From contig NC_092379.1 in the NCBI RefSeq assembly GCF_030028105.1, forward strand, positions 19,879,309 through 19,943,308: a DNA stretch of 64,000 nucleotides, written 5' to 3'. Below, piece by piece: positions 49,255 through 62,409 of the stretch. The stretch is from Mobula birostris. Taxonomy: Eukaryota. The notes below the pieces were generated by a model. It made no database searches, had not been told where the DNA came from, and saw only the letters and a program-made list of their open reading frames with translations. The first letter of the stretch is position 1. Each line of letters opens with the position of its first letter. Position numbers and translations under genes: made by a program.

Positions 49255-49860
49255 GGGAGACTACAGATGCTGGAATCTGGAGCAACAAGCAGTCTGCTGT
49301 ATAAAGTCAGCTGCTGGAGTAGTATTTGTGGGTGGAGGAATATGGAGCAGGCATAAGGTATATATGGATAATCTGAGCTGTGATGGGCAGATAGGAGAGG
49401 ACATGATGGAGGGGAGTGGTGGGTGGGTGAAGGTGGCGACAACAGCGTAAAGGGTGGGTCAGGCAGCATCTGTAGAGTTAGAGAAAATGGGTTTACATTA
49501 CAGATTAGTGAATGGTCGACATTGGAGCTGGACAGTGCTGTCATAAACTGGAGTGGCTGGTTATCTGAGATCATGATGACATCTGAGACCCAGGGACTGT
49601 AATGTTCCTCATAGGGGGATAGGTCCTTCCTCAAGTTATACATTGAGATATCAAAGTTCGGATAATCAGAGTGTGGTTTTGAATTCAAGTGAGAGCAAAC
49701 TAGAATCTGTTTGAATAAAGAACTCTTGAAAGCAGTTTCTGGATTTGTGTTTTCCCTGGTGTAGAGGAGGCCACATCCTGAGCAGGGGATCAACTACAGT
49801 AATTCAGAGATGTGCAAATGAATCACTGTCTCACCTGAAAGGAGCTGTTGTATCTCTGGG
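49255..49860 (-). mobile_element. Old Penelope end remnant
   Basis: CSGCGLLY...HLNSKPHSD...FDISMYNLR on the minus strand plus terminal CAGCATCTG motifs. Confidence 0.55.
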
Positions 49861-49869
49861 AGTTGGGAT

Positions 49870-50085
49870 GGGAGCCACTAGGGGTCAGAGGAATACAACC
49901 AAATATTGAGGCTTCAGTTAAACTGACTGCTGCAATAATAACCAACAGTCTCTGGGTGTAGGTGTAACAGTCAGGTACAGAGACGCTGTTGGACAGTGTG
50001 GGTGAAACAGTGCACGGGAGGATTCCATTGTGCCAGGAGGTCCTGAGACTACAGGGGCTCTTCAGATGAATATGTCACAGTGAAA
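49870..50085 (-). pseudogene. Unit G copy 5 (3' end missing)
   Basis: SWHNGILPCTVSPTLSNSVSVPDC... Confidence 0.4.
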
Positions 50086-50619
50086 GTAACAGACAGGGAA
50101 AGGGCAGGGTTTTCATTCACCAGTTAGTATGGCACTGATAGGACGTTTTATACAATCCCTGCTTTCTCTCACTGTCTTTTTCTGTCAATGCATATTACCT
50201 TGCACTAATTTGCATTTATAGGGTGTTTTCAGTAGAGCTTTGATCTGAGCTCTTGTTCATTGGACTCTAATTTTGCTATTTTACTGTTGTTTTGACTCGA
50301 TCATTGACATCCATGTGTTGACACATTTGAAGATGTATATGGTCTACTCACTGGCACTCCATTTCATTCCCTCCACTACTGATGTACAATGTATATTGCC
50401 TGTGCAGTGCTTGCAAGAGGTGTTACTACTGATTTGCAACATGAGTAGGTTTTCTTTACTTCAGTAATTTTATTCTCTCTGTTGTAACCCAGATGCTCAT
50501 GGACTGTCCTCATTTGGAATTCAACAGTTTCTTTCCATTGATGGTGCTCAGCCTGCCAGTAGATCGCGTGTGGCTCCAGATCCCAGCATCTGCTGACTCT
50601 TGTGTCTGGACTGAAGTCA

Positions 50620-51035
50620 ATTTGACTGGAAGCACTTGTTCCCTCACAGTGATAAACTGCAACCACTGAGCATCAGAGGAACACCTCCAAATATTTGGGC
50701 TTCAGTCAAACTTATTGTTGAAATACTATCGGACATCCACTGGGTGTCAGTGTATCAGTCAACACTCACAACACACTGGAGGAACTCAGCAGGTCGGACA
50801 GCTTCCGTGGAAAAGATCGATCGACATTTCCACGGATGCTGCCCGACCTGCTGAGTTCCTCCAGCGTGTTGTGAGTGTTGCTTTGACCCTAGCATCTGCA
50901 GATTATTTTGTGTTTAGTGTATCAGTCAGACTGAGAGTGTGGAGAATGTGGGTGGAACAGTGCACAGGAGGATTCCAGAGCATCAGGAGTTCCCGAGTCT
51001 GCAGGAGCTCTTCAGCTAAATATGTCACATTCAAA
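50620..51035 (-). pseudogene. Unit G copy 6, interrupted by a hairpin element
   Basis: Ends VAVYHCEGTSASSQ; collinear with the other copies once 50761-50915 is removed. Confidence 0.4.
50761..50915. mobile_element. Fold-back (hairpin) retroposon derived from a Penelope terminus
   Basis: 54-bp arms 50760-50813 and 50827-50880 with 3 mismatches; 12-bp TSD AGTGTATCAGTC (50749-50760, 50916-50927). Confidence 0.85.
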
Positions 51036-51894
51036 TGTGTTTCCCTCCACATCCCAAATACATGGGTAACTACAGTCAAGATGGCACAAGCGTCAATGGT
51101 GCCTGAGTGATATCTTCTGCATGGTCCATGAAACCATTTCTTTCATTTCTTTTACGTCTTTTTCTTTTAAATGTGGTTCTGGTATTGTAGCTGTGAGCTT
51201 CAGTTTGATGGTGTGTTTTTGGGTCAATTGAGTGATCTAGTGCTTTGCTTTCTCCAAAATCAATCCAGTTACCTTGCCAACATTTTGTGGGAACTTACCC
51301 TGTCCATGGTCCTCTTGATTTTGTGTACCTCCATAAAATCACCACTCAGTCTCCTACAAGTCAAAGTGCTTCACCAGGGCTGAGGAAGTTAGTGATTGTT
51401 AGAGATTTAATAAACAAGTACAGCAGCAGGAACAGTCCCACCTCACTTACGCTGACTCTCCAAAGTGACTGATTCCAGGATATTAATTATGTTCGGCAAT
51501 TTTTCTATTCACTCCAAGGAAAGTACTATTCTAGACAACCTCACCTTTTAACTCAAATCATGGCAACATCCTTGTAAATCTTTCCTGCACTCTTTCCAGA
51601 ATAATAACATCTTTTCACCAAGAGGATGAATAAAATTTGAACACAGTACTCCAAATGCAATCTCACCAGCGCTTTCTACAATTGTACCATGTGCTACCAA
51701 CTTTATACATACTGTTCTGAATGATGAAGGCCAGCATACCAAAAGACTTCTTCATCACCCTGTCTACCTGTTACTGCACTAAGTGAAACATGTACTTGAA
51801 CTTCAAGGTCCCTCTGTTCCACAATTCTCTCCAGGGCCCTGTTGTCCACTGTGAAAGTCCTTTCTTCGTTTAACTTTCCAAAGTGACACACCTC

Positions 51895-52708
51895 TGTTAT
51901 GTCCTGTAATGTTTTAGAAACAAACCAGCAGGAATAGAGTTCACACTGGAGTCTGGTTTTGATGTTGAAACCACTATCTTTATTAGTAACCACTTATGAT
52001 ATTGTAACTTAAATAAGATAGACAAAAGTTAACAGTGTTAGCTGTATAAATGTGTGTAAATATAACTCCCAAACTTTCGAGCGTGGGGGAACAAGGCTTA
52101 GAGTCTTGAGATGGTAAAGAAGGGAAGTTCAGTTCATCCATGGAATAAATGATGGGAGAGAGATATTTGTAATCCAAGGCAAAAGGTAGAAAGAAGGCAA
52201 TATGTCAATCTCCACAGGTTCCACGATGGTAATTAATAAATATCAGTTGTCGAAGATCCTCCGTCGAGTCGTTCCAAATCCACATACAAATTACCACCAG
52301 AGTGATCTGTCACAAGGACGTCATCTTCAAGGGGTTACCACATAACGTACCCAGGCAAGGGTTAACTTTGAGTGGTCCCACAGGACATTCCTTAATCCAC
52401 TCCTAACGATTATACGAAGTGACAGCCACACATTCGATGTGCATTGGATCGGTAATCAACCCACCCTTGTGGGTATAGGAGAGATGCAGATCCCCAGCAT
52501 CAACAAGCTGGAGCTGGAGCTGCTACCCTTTTCCAGGCTTGCTCCTCTCTCTCTCTGTCTTCTGACTTCTGACTGTGACTGTCTGTGTCCTTATTTTAAA
52601 AGTAAACAAGCTGTGAGTCAGTCAATGAACAACATCGTAGTCCTGCCTCCCTGAAGCGCACTTTTAAAGTGACAGTCCACAGTAAATGAAACCTGTGGGT
52701 TCGTAACA
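51895..52708 (-). repeat. Solo LTR
   Basis: TGTTATG...CGTAACA termini; 4-bp TSD CCTC (51891-51894, 52709-52712); absent from the paralogue at ~45.6 kb. Confidence 0.85.
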
Positions 52709-52799
52709 CCTCACTATTCCCCTGAATAGAACTCCATTTGCCACTCTTCAGTCCACTTATTCAGCTGAACAAAATCCCACTGTAATTTTGAGAACCTAC

Positions 52800-54016
52800 T
52801 TCGCTCTTTACTTTAGCACATTTTTCGGTGGGCTGCAATCAGTGTGAGAGGTTGTTCATTGGTGATGTAGCACAAAGTTTGAAAAGAGTTCAGGTGCTTT
52901 TGGGACATTTTGGGAGCTGCAAGCATAGTGATCTGTTGGGCACTTGGGAGTGAGGTGTAAGTGGAGCAGCCATTGTGTGAGTGGACAGTGTTAGAGTGCT
53001 ACGGCTTCAACTCAACAGACAGGCTTGGGCAAGCACAGGTGGATGTTTGAAGTAAGTTTCTCGTAAGTTTCTTTTTAACATTAGTATGTAGCTAGTCGTG
53101 CTGAGAATGGGTCCAGAGTTAGTGGTATGTTCCTTGTATAAGATTTGGGAACTTTTAGAGACCTTCAATCTCCCTGTTAACTACATTTGCACAAAGTGCT
53201 CCAAGTTGTAGCCCCTGAGAGACAATGTTAAGGAACTGGAGTTGATAGATAGGAGCTACAGTGAGGTAGCACCTCTAAGTTACAGGAGGCAGGTGCCTGA
53301 ATGACTGTCAGGAGAGAGAAGGGGAATAGGCAGCCAGTGCAGAGTACCCCCCTGGCTGTTCTCCTCAATAGTATATTGCTTTGGATACTGTTGGCAGGGC
53401 AATCTGTCAGGGGGAAGCCACAGTGACCTGATCTCTGGCACAGAGACTGTCTCAGTGGCTCAGAAGGGAAGGGTAGGGAAGAGGAGTGCAGCAGTGACGG
53501 GGGATTCCATAATTACAGGAGCAGGCAGCAGACTCTGCTAAGTAGAAAGAAAAAAAGCAGGACCTCCAGGGTAGTAATCTCTGGAGTGCTGCCTATGCCA
53601 TGTGCTGGTGACTGTAAGAATCAGATGATTTGGCAGATGAATGTGTAGCTGAAGAATTGGTGCAAGGAGCAGGGTTTCAGATTTATGAACCATTGGGATC
53701 ACTTCTGGGGGAATTATGACCTGCACAAAAGGGATGGCTTACACCTAAACTCGAGGGGGGACAATATCCTTGTGGTCAGGTTTGCCAGAGCTGTTAGAGA
53801 AAATTTAAGTTAATTTGTCAGGGGGATGGGAAACTGCGTGAAAGGGCTGAAGGTGGGACAGATGTTATACAACTAGGTTCAGTCTGTAGTGAGATTGTGA
53901 GGAAGGACAGGCTGATGATAGGCAAAATGATAGTCAGTGGGATGAGTTAAAGTGTAATGGGGTCCAAAATTGAAAAGGGTGATATTGGACTGAAGGTGTT
54001 ATATCGGAATGCCTGC
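52800..54016 (+). mobile_element. Old CR1 5' remnant (paralogue of 45730-47160); continues at 59592
   Basis: Collinear with 45730-47160; SGNH remnants. Confidence 0.7.
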
Positions 54017-57000
54017 TGTGAGCAGAGACCTAGGTGAGGATGTTTGGGACCCAAGTGCTGGAGTATCTGAGGCTGGAATCAAGAGACAATGTGAGACTGA
54101 AATTGGAACAGATTACTAAACTAGATGCTCGACAATGAGCCAAGTAGAGCTGATGATTGAGCACTGAACACATTCAGCACATTGAGCACATTCACGTTCT
54201 CCTCAAATATTGAAATCTGTTGCCAAAACATGGCTGCCAATTAGTGGGACAGTCCTGAATCCCTAATGAGGCCAGGCCAGATATCCACATTCTGGAGAAT
54301 CAGAGCATCTAAATCTCAGAAGCTGGCACGGTTGGGTGCATATCCTAACAGGACCCCCTCCCCTATGGCCAACTCCTGATGGTCCTAGCTGCTCAGAAAG
54401 ATGGTAATGGTAGTCATGGATAAGAGCTGGATCCAGGATATCCTTTTCAGGAACCCAGCACCGTTCCTTGGGTCCAAATCCTTCCTCATCCACAAGGAAC
54501 TGCCAAACACCCCGAACAGTTTGTTAATCCAAAGTTCTTCATGTGATGAAGACCTGTTTCCTATTGACACACCTTGGTGGCAGCAGGGCTGATGGTGGTG
54601 GGATTAAAGGACTGGTGTCAATGGGTCTTCATTTGGAGATGGGGAAAATGGGACTGATCTTGAGGGTTTTGGGGAGCTGCAAGGTGTAAACCACTGGGTT
54701 GAATTTCTTGAGAACCTTGAAGGGTCAAATGAATTTGGGCGCTGACTTTCTAGACTCCACCTAGAGAGGCAAATCCTGAGTAGACAGTCAGAACTGTTGT
54801 CCAAGCTGCAAAGTGGACTCCTGTGTTCTCCTTCGGTTAGCCTTGATTTCAGCCATCCTGGTAGAAGCCAACACAATCTCCCTTGCCTTAGTTTTTTTTC
54901 CCCCTGCAGCATTGAATGAGATCTTCAGCCTCAGGAACTTCAACCTCAGCCTCCTGCTCAGGGAAGAGTGGCGGATAATACCGAAACTGGTATTCAAATG
55001 GGGATGTCCCATGTGTTGAATGCTGTAAAGTGTAATGGGTAACCTCTGCCCATATTGTCAGGTCTTTCTGAGGGATTGTTCCAAATCTTGGTTTAGCCAC
55101 TCCGTCTGGCCATTGGACTGCAAGTGTAACCCAGAGGAAAGATTCACTGTTGCCCCAATCAGCTTACAGAAACATGATGTGAATTGTGGACTGTGATCTG
55201 ACAGAATGTCCAGCGTGCGTTCTCAAGACCTGGTGCAGAACGATTTTGGCTGTCTCTGCCACAGACAGTAACTTATACACAGCAATGAATTTGCAGGCCT
55301 TTGAAGAACGATCGACAATTACCTTGGAAGGCAGGAGACCCATGACAACATACATTGAGGTGTGTTGCCAATGGTCTGACTGGAAGTGGTAAAGTGTGAA
55401 AGAGCTCCTGAGGTTGTGTGCGGGGCTCCTTGTCCCAGGCGCACATCTTGCATGCCTGTACGTACTGTTGAACCTCTCTCACCATTCCAGGCCACCGGTA
55501 TCTTCTTTTGGTGAGCTCAAGGGTCCTGGCAATCCCTGGGTGAGAGGTCATTCTCAATGAGTGTCTCCATTGAAGTACCTGTAATCTGACAGAATCTGGG
55601 CCTTGCGATCCAGCATGTCAACCAATGAGACAAGGCATCTGGTTTCTGGATCTTTGACCCTGATCGATAGGTCAGAACAAAATTAAAGTGGTTAAAGAAA
55701 AGAGACCACCTCACCTGTCTGGAATTCAGTCTCTTGGCTCTCTGAAGCCAGTGTCACCATTCCTCCAGAGGCAACTTGACCGCGAGCACTTCTCTGTTAC
55801 CGATGTCATAGTTCACCTCTGCTGGGGATAGCTGCCTGGAGAAGAATGCACACAGGTTAATTTTTTTGTCTGAAGGTGTTCATTGAGACAGCACTGCACT
55901 CACTTCAATGTGCAAGGCATCCACCTCCATGACGAAAGGGAGGTCCGGGTTTGGTGAATCCAAAATGGGAGCTGTCGTGAACTGCTGTTTGAGCTCTGCA
56001 AAAGCAGCCTTGGCTTCAGTGGTCCAAACAAAAGGGCCTGTAGATTTTTTACTTAGTCCTGTCACTGAGCTGAAGTTCCTAATGAACCTCTGGTAAAAAT
56101 TGGCAAGCCCCAGGAACTGTTGGATTTGTTTCACATTGGATGGTTGTGATAAGTTTCTGACTGCCTGGGTCTTAGTTAGGCCCATCTTAAAATTGCCATG
56201 AGAGATGATAAACTCAAAAATGAAACAGTGGTCACATTAAATTCAGATTATTCCAGCTTTACATAAAGTCCGTGATCTAGAAGCCTCTTTAAAATGTCCT
56301 TGATGTGGGCAACGTGCTCCTCCATAGACTTTGAGAAGATTCAGATATCTTCCTAGTGGACGAAGGAATACTTATGGCAAGCATCCTGGAGCACATCCTT
56401 TATAAAGGCGTGGAAAATTGCTGCAGTGATCACGATGCTGAAGGGCATGACTGGGTACTCAGTGCCTCGTTGCTGTATTGAATGCAGTTTTCCACTCATT
56501 GCCCTCCTTTCTGCAGACTAGATTGTACACAATCAACAAGTCTAGCTCAGCAAAGGCTCTTGCTCCTTAGAGAATCTCAAAGGCAGTGTTCATGAGTGGA
56601 TGGGGGTAATGATTTCTGGCTGTTTTCAAATTTTCTCCCTGTAATCAATGCATTGCTGTAGACTCCTGTTCTTTTTCTATAGAAAGAAGAAACCTATGCA
56701 GGCTGATGAGGTGGAGGACTGAATTAATCCCATGGCAAGAGCCTCTTTTATCTACTCCTCCATGGTGCTTCTCTCCAGGCCTGAGAGCACATACAATCAA
56801 CCCCACGGAGGACAAGTTCTAGGCAGTAGATCTATAGCACAGTCGTCAGATTGTGTGATGGAAGAGTTGAGGCCTTTCCCTTGATGAATACCTCTTCCAA
56901 ATCCTTGTTGAAGGGAGAGATTTCGACCGGTTTAGGTGTTGCAATTTCCTCCAAACTTTCCTTCGAGGGTGACTCCTGAGGCCCCTTTGGTGGTTGGGAT

Positions 57001-59591
57001 GATTAAACAGACCTCAAAGTCTCCTTCATAGATTTACTTGTCTCTTTTGTTCAAACAGTGGCTTTACAAATGGTCCTTGCACCCCCAAGACTTGGCTCCA
57101 AGAGTCTGCATTTAGGAGTCTTTCCTTTAGTTGGGACCCTTTGGAGGATCCTTTTGGCTTAGCTGCAAGGTTCCAGACACCTTGGTATGCTTCTGAAGTA
57201 GAGTTCCTTGCTGTCTAGTTATAGCAAGCCCCTGACTAGACAAGGTCGCGACTTGCACAGTCCTGTTGGCCGGAACCGAATTGTCTGTCGTTAAGAGCAG
57301 GATTGAGTCTCCAGACGGCCTCAGGTTATCCCGAACTGGAGTCTTCCCCTTCATCGGTTGTTGGTCTCAGTAGAGTCTGGAAGTTGGAACACCAATAAAA
57401 GATTTGAGCTATGGATAAAGAAAGGTCTTACAACCTACCTCTCATTTATAGATAAAAGAGTATTACAAAGTTTCCAAATCCTGCAGGACAAACATGGCCT
57501 AGAACATAATGACTTTTTTAGCTACCTTCAAGTACGAAACTATGTTAACCAGAGTTGTAGATATACAGACCTATCAACAGTAGAATTAGAATTTTTCAAG
57601 ATTCTGAATTCGGCTTGCAGTTCAATACCTAGTAAATCAGTTTCTCAATTATATAATGCACTCTCCCATGCTAAAAATGTAAATACACTGTATATTAAAG
57701 AGAAGTGGGAGAAAGAAGCGGGGTTGGTACTTTCAGAGGAGGCTTGGGAGAAAATCTGCAGCTTTCAATGGTCCTCGACTAATTCTTTGACTTGGAGAGA
57801 ACATTGTTGGAAAAACATTATAAGATACTTCAAGACCCCATATCAGGAAAAATATAAAGATACAAATGTGATGTGTTGGAGAAGGTGCGGCTCCAAGGAG
57901 GCAAATCATTTCCATATTTTTTGGGATTGCCCTAAATTAAGTCTATTTTGGGAAGGTATTCATAGAACATTAGTTAAGGTACTTAGGTCCCAGATACCTC
58001 TGAACTTTGAGACACTCTATTTGGGGCATGTATTGTTTCTTGAACAGAAGGAAGATATAAAGTTGCTGCAGGCCCTCTTAGCGGCAAGTAAGAAATCAAT
58101 CACTAGAAAATGGCTAAATCCAATACCACCTACATTAGAAGATTGGTACGAAATTATCTTGGAAACACTTAAAATGGAAAAGTTGACTTACTCCCTGAGA
58201 ACTCAAAAAGAAAAATTTTATCGAATCTGAAATAAATGGATTGAATATATAACCCCAATGCGAGCAGACTTTAGATGACTCTCCTCATGATTTATACTGC
58301 TCTTCTCATCAACACAGTAATATTGCTAACGTAAGCACCCCTAGTCTAAATGTTTGTTTTTTTTGTTTTCTTTTGGAAAATAGAGAATTAACACAAGTAA
58401 AGGGAAAGATTTGGGAAAGGGATAAAAAAATGAAAAAATTAAGTAAATAAGTACATAGGGATTGGATAATTATGTCTGCGGGCAGGAGCAAGCATGAACA
58501 AATTAGGATATAAACACCTACAATGGTTGATACATAGGCTTAAATACAACATTTTGGACCAGTGGAAATGGTCCAGAAGGGTTATATGGAAACTATTATT
58601 ACCATTTTTCTTAACAACTAATTCCATTACTTAGCCTAATAGGTTAGATTTACCACAGTACATAATTATCTACTTAAATGTTTATTTTCCTTTTATATCA
58701 TCTCAATGTGTACTTAAGAATGTATAAATAATCGTAGTTTGATACATATAAAAAAAATGGAAAAGGTTATGTGTGAAAAAAGTACATGATATTTGTGAAT
58801 TCCTTATCCAAACAAAAATAAAATTAAAAAAAAAAGGAAGTTGGAACACCACGTATAAAACATAGCCTCTTGCATTGACTAGACCGGGCAATCATCCTCC
58901 CTTCCAGTTCATAGAAGGGTTATGCTGGGATAGCCAAGGGTTCCTGAGGATCAGGGGTGTGAGAGGCGAATCGATGACATAGAAACTAATGTCCTCCACA
59001 TGATTCTCAATCCTCATCCGTAAAACCAATGTCTGCTGCTGGATCTGCCCAGAACCTAGTGGGCATCCATCCAGGACAGGTGTGTGCATCGACTAGCTCA
59101 GCTCCTGTAGTGGTAGTTGAGTTGACAGGCAGTCTCCAAGTCCAGGAAATTACCATTTGCCCCAGAGTCCACAAAGGCATTCACCTCTCTTCGGTTTCTA
59201 CCCCAGGAGATCACTGCTTTCAGAGTGACACCAGAATCCCTGGGGTTGAGAGTCACGGGTCTGCTACCATCACAATTCTCCTGACACTGTTCAGTCTCAG
59301 CAGTTCCCTCGACAGCTGCAGCTTTGGACATTCGGTCAGCTGGTGCCCTGCTTCCCCACGGTAAAAGTAGCCACCTGAGCGACTTGGCTTCCATCTTGTG
59401 AAAGTTGCCACATGGTGACTTGGATCTCCAGGCTCTGTCTAGAAATCTTCTCACTCTGGCTACCCTCAGCAGATGAGAGAATCTGATACTCCTCTGGATC
59501 CATGTTAGACTCAATCGTACTGTGATGAGAGACCAAGAGCTGACGATTGAGAACCCCTGGAAGCTAACGCAGTTGTGTGTGTCTTGTAACA
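54017..59591 (-). mobile_element. Chromodomain-bearing Ty3/Gypsy LTR retrotransposon, decayed
   Basis: 3' LTR 54017-54350 with PPT GGGGAGGGGG; 5' LTR stub 59521-59591; VDSGANGNF protease; RT remnants; QFLGLANFYQRFIRNFS; HPGIART...WPGM...YVQAC..C integrase; chromodomain-like [25 protein letters not shown]. Confidence 0.9.
57395..58835 (+). mobile_element. 5'-truncated L1/Tx1-clade LINE inserted in the Gypsy element
   Basis: ORF 57358-58230 with C-terminal CWRRCG...HFHIFWDCP; poly(A) tail; 16-bp TSD GGAAGTTGGAACACCA (57379-57394, 58836-58851). Confidence 0.92.
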
Positions 59592-62400
59592 CACAAAGTA
59601 TATGGAATAAGATAAATGATCTTGTCCTGCAGTTCGTGACTGACAGGCATGACCTTGTGGGCATTGCTGAATCAAGGCAGCAAGAAGATCATTGTTGGGA
59701 GTTTAACACACAAGGATACACATTGTATCGAAAGGTCTGGCAGGTAGGCAGATGGGGTGGAGTAGCTCCATTTGTATAAAATGAAATCAAATTCTGAGAA
59801 ATGGGTGACGGATCAGAAGATGTAGAGTCCCTGTGGGTAGATTTAAGAAACTGAAAGGGTAGAAACACCCTGCTGCAAGTTCTATACAGGCCTCTGAACA
59901 GTAGCCAGGATGTAGGCTACAAATTAAATGGGAGACAGAAGACAGATGCCAGAAGGGCAATATTAGGATAGTCAAGGGGATTTCAATATACAAGTTCATC
60001 ACGAAAATCAGGTTGGTGCTGGATCCCGACTGAAAGTTTGTAGAATCTTTACAAGATGGCTTTTTATAGCAGCTTGTGGTTGGCCCATGTGGGGAAAGAC
60101 TATTCTGGATTGGCTGTTGTATAAAGAACTAGGTCTGATTCAGGAGCTAAACATAAAGGAACCTTTTGGAGACAGTGATCATAATATGATAGACTTCATC
60201 CTGCAATTTAAGAGGGAGAAGCCAAGATCAGATGTATTGTAGTGGAGTAAAGGGAATTGCAGAGGCATGAGAGAGGAACTGGCCGAAGTTGATTGGAAGG
60301 GTACACCATCAGGGATGATGGCAGAGCAGCAATGGCTAGGGTTTCTGGGAGGAATTCAGAAGGCACAGGATAGATATATCTGGGGAAAAAAAAAGTATTC
60401 TAAAGGCAGGATGACACAACCATGGGTCATAAGAGACGTCAAAGCTAACATAGAAGCAATAGATAGGGCATATAATAGATCTAAAATTAATGGGAAGTTA
60501 AAGGATTGGGAAGTGTTTAAACACCAACAGAAGAGATGAAATATTAAGGTAAGTTAGCTAATCGTATCAAACTTGATAGAAAAAAGTTTTTTTTAAATGT
60601 AAAGAATAAAAGAGAGGTGAGAGTAGTTTCTGGACCACTGGAAAATGACACTGGAGAGGTAGTAACAGGGAACAAGGAAATGGCAGATGAACTGAGTCAG
60701 TATGTTTCCTCAGTCTTCACTGTGAAAGGCGCTAGCAGTATGCTGGAAGTTCGAGAATGTCAGGGGGCAGAAATGAGAGCAATTGCTTTTTCTAGGGAGA
60801 AGGTGATTGGGAAGCTGAAAGGTCTGAAGTTTGACAAGTCACCTGGACAAGATGGACTTCTCCTGAGAGTCCTGAAAGAGGTAGCTGAAGTGATTGTGAA
60901 GGCACTATTAAGGATCTTTCAAGAGCCACTACATTGTGGCATGTTCCAGAGGACTGGGAAATTATAAATGTCATTCCACTCAGTAAACAGCTTGCTGTCG
61001 TGATGAAGAGATTTTGGTGGTGTCAAGGTATTCATTCGTCTCACAACCAGGGAAGAAGCTGTTACCCAGTCTGGCAGTCCTAGTCCTGATACTTCTGTAC
61101 CTCCTTCCGGATGGTAGTGGGTCAAAGAAATTGTGACTGCGTGGAAGGGTTCCTCAACAATGCTTTGGGCCCTATATCTACAACACTCCCAGTAAATGTC
61201 ACAAATCTGGGGGGAAGGAGACACTGATGAGCCTCTCGGAGTTTTCACTTGGAGGCACATGATAAAACAGGCTGAAGACAACATGGTTTCCTAAAGGGGA
61301 GATCTTGGCTGACAAATCTGTTGGAAATCTTTAAGGAAATAACAGGCAGGATAGACAAAGGAGAGTCAGTGGATGCTGTTTAACTGCATTTTCAGAAGGC
61401 CTTTGGCAAGTTGCTGCACATGAGGCTGCTTTACAAGAACACATGCTGTCACAGAAAAGATACCAGAATGGATAGAAGATGGTGCTGACTGGCAGGAGGT
61501 AAAGAGTGGGAATAAAGGGAGCCTTTTCCGGTTGGCTGCCAGTGACTCATGGTTTTCTGCAGGGGTTGTGTTGGGATAGTTTCTGTACCCATTGTATGCC
61601 AATGATTTGGATAACAGATTTGATCGCTTTCTGGTCAGGTTTATGGATGATATGAAGATAGGAGGAGGGGCAGATAGTGTTGAGGAAGCAGGGTGTCTGC
61701 AAAGGACTTTGAGAGATATGGAGAATTAGCAAAGAAATGGCATATAGAATATAATGGAGAGAAGTGTATGGGCATGTCACTTTGGTAGAAGAGAGAAAAA
61801 ACATAGACTATTTCCTCAACAGGAAGAAAATTCAAAAAACAGAGGTGCAAGAGGACTTGGGAGTCCACATACACGATTCTCTGAAGGTCAACTTCCAGGT
61901 GGGTAAAGAAGGCAAATGTAATATTAGCATTCATTTTGAGAGAGGAAGAATACAAAAGCAAGGATTTAATACCGAGCTTTATAAGGCTTTGGAGTATTAT
62001 GATTAACGACCCGGATCTGGGCCGTACCCTCCAAATATCTGGACCTGCCTCTCGGTTTTTTGCACTACCTTACTTTCCCTTTAACATTTTCTATTTATGA
62101 TTTATAATTTAAATTTTTAATATTTACTATCGATTTGTAATCCAGGGAGCGGGAAGTTCAGAATCAAGTATCGCTGTGATGATTGTACATTCTAGTATGA
62201 ATTGTTTGGCGACAATAAAGTATAAAATAAAGTATTTTGGGCCCCTTATATGAGAATACGTGTGCTGACATTGGAGAGGCCGGATGAGGTTCAGGAGAAT
62301 GATTCCGGGAATGAAAGGGTTAATGTATGAAGAGCGTTTGATGTGACTCTGAGCCTGTATTCACTACTGTTTAGAAGAATGGGGGGGGTGGTGGTGGTGG
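59592..62400 (+). mobile_element. Old CR1 ORF2 remnant with small LINE-tail insertions
   Basis: DLVGIAES, FDKSPGQDGL..RVLKEVA, further RT fragments. Confidence 0.75.
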
Positions 62401-62409
62401 GATCTCATT

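Noticed and set aside
50208-50215. Octamer ATTTGCAT (also ATGCAAAT at 28013-28020) as an Ig promoter element
   Set aside because: About two hits are expected by chance in 64 kb, and no leader or V exon follows.
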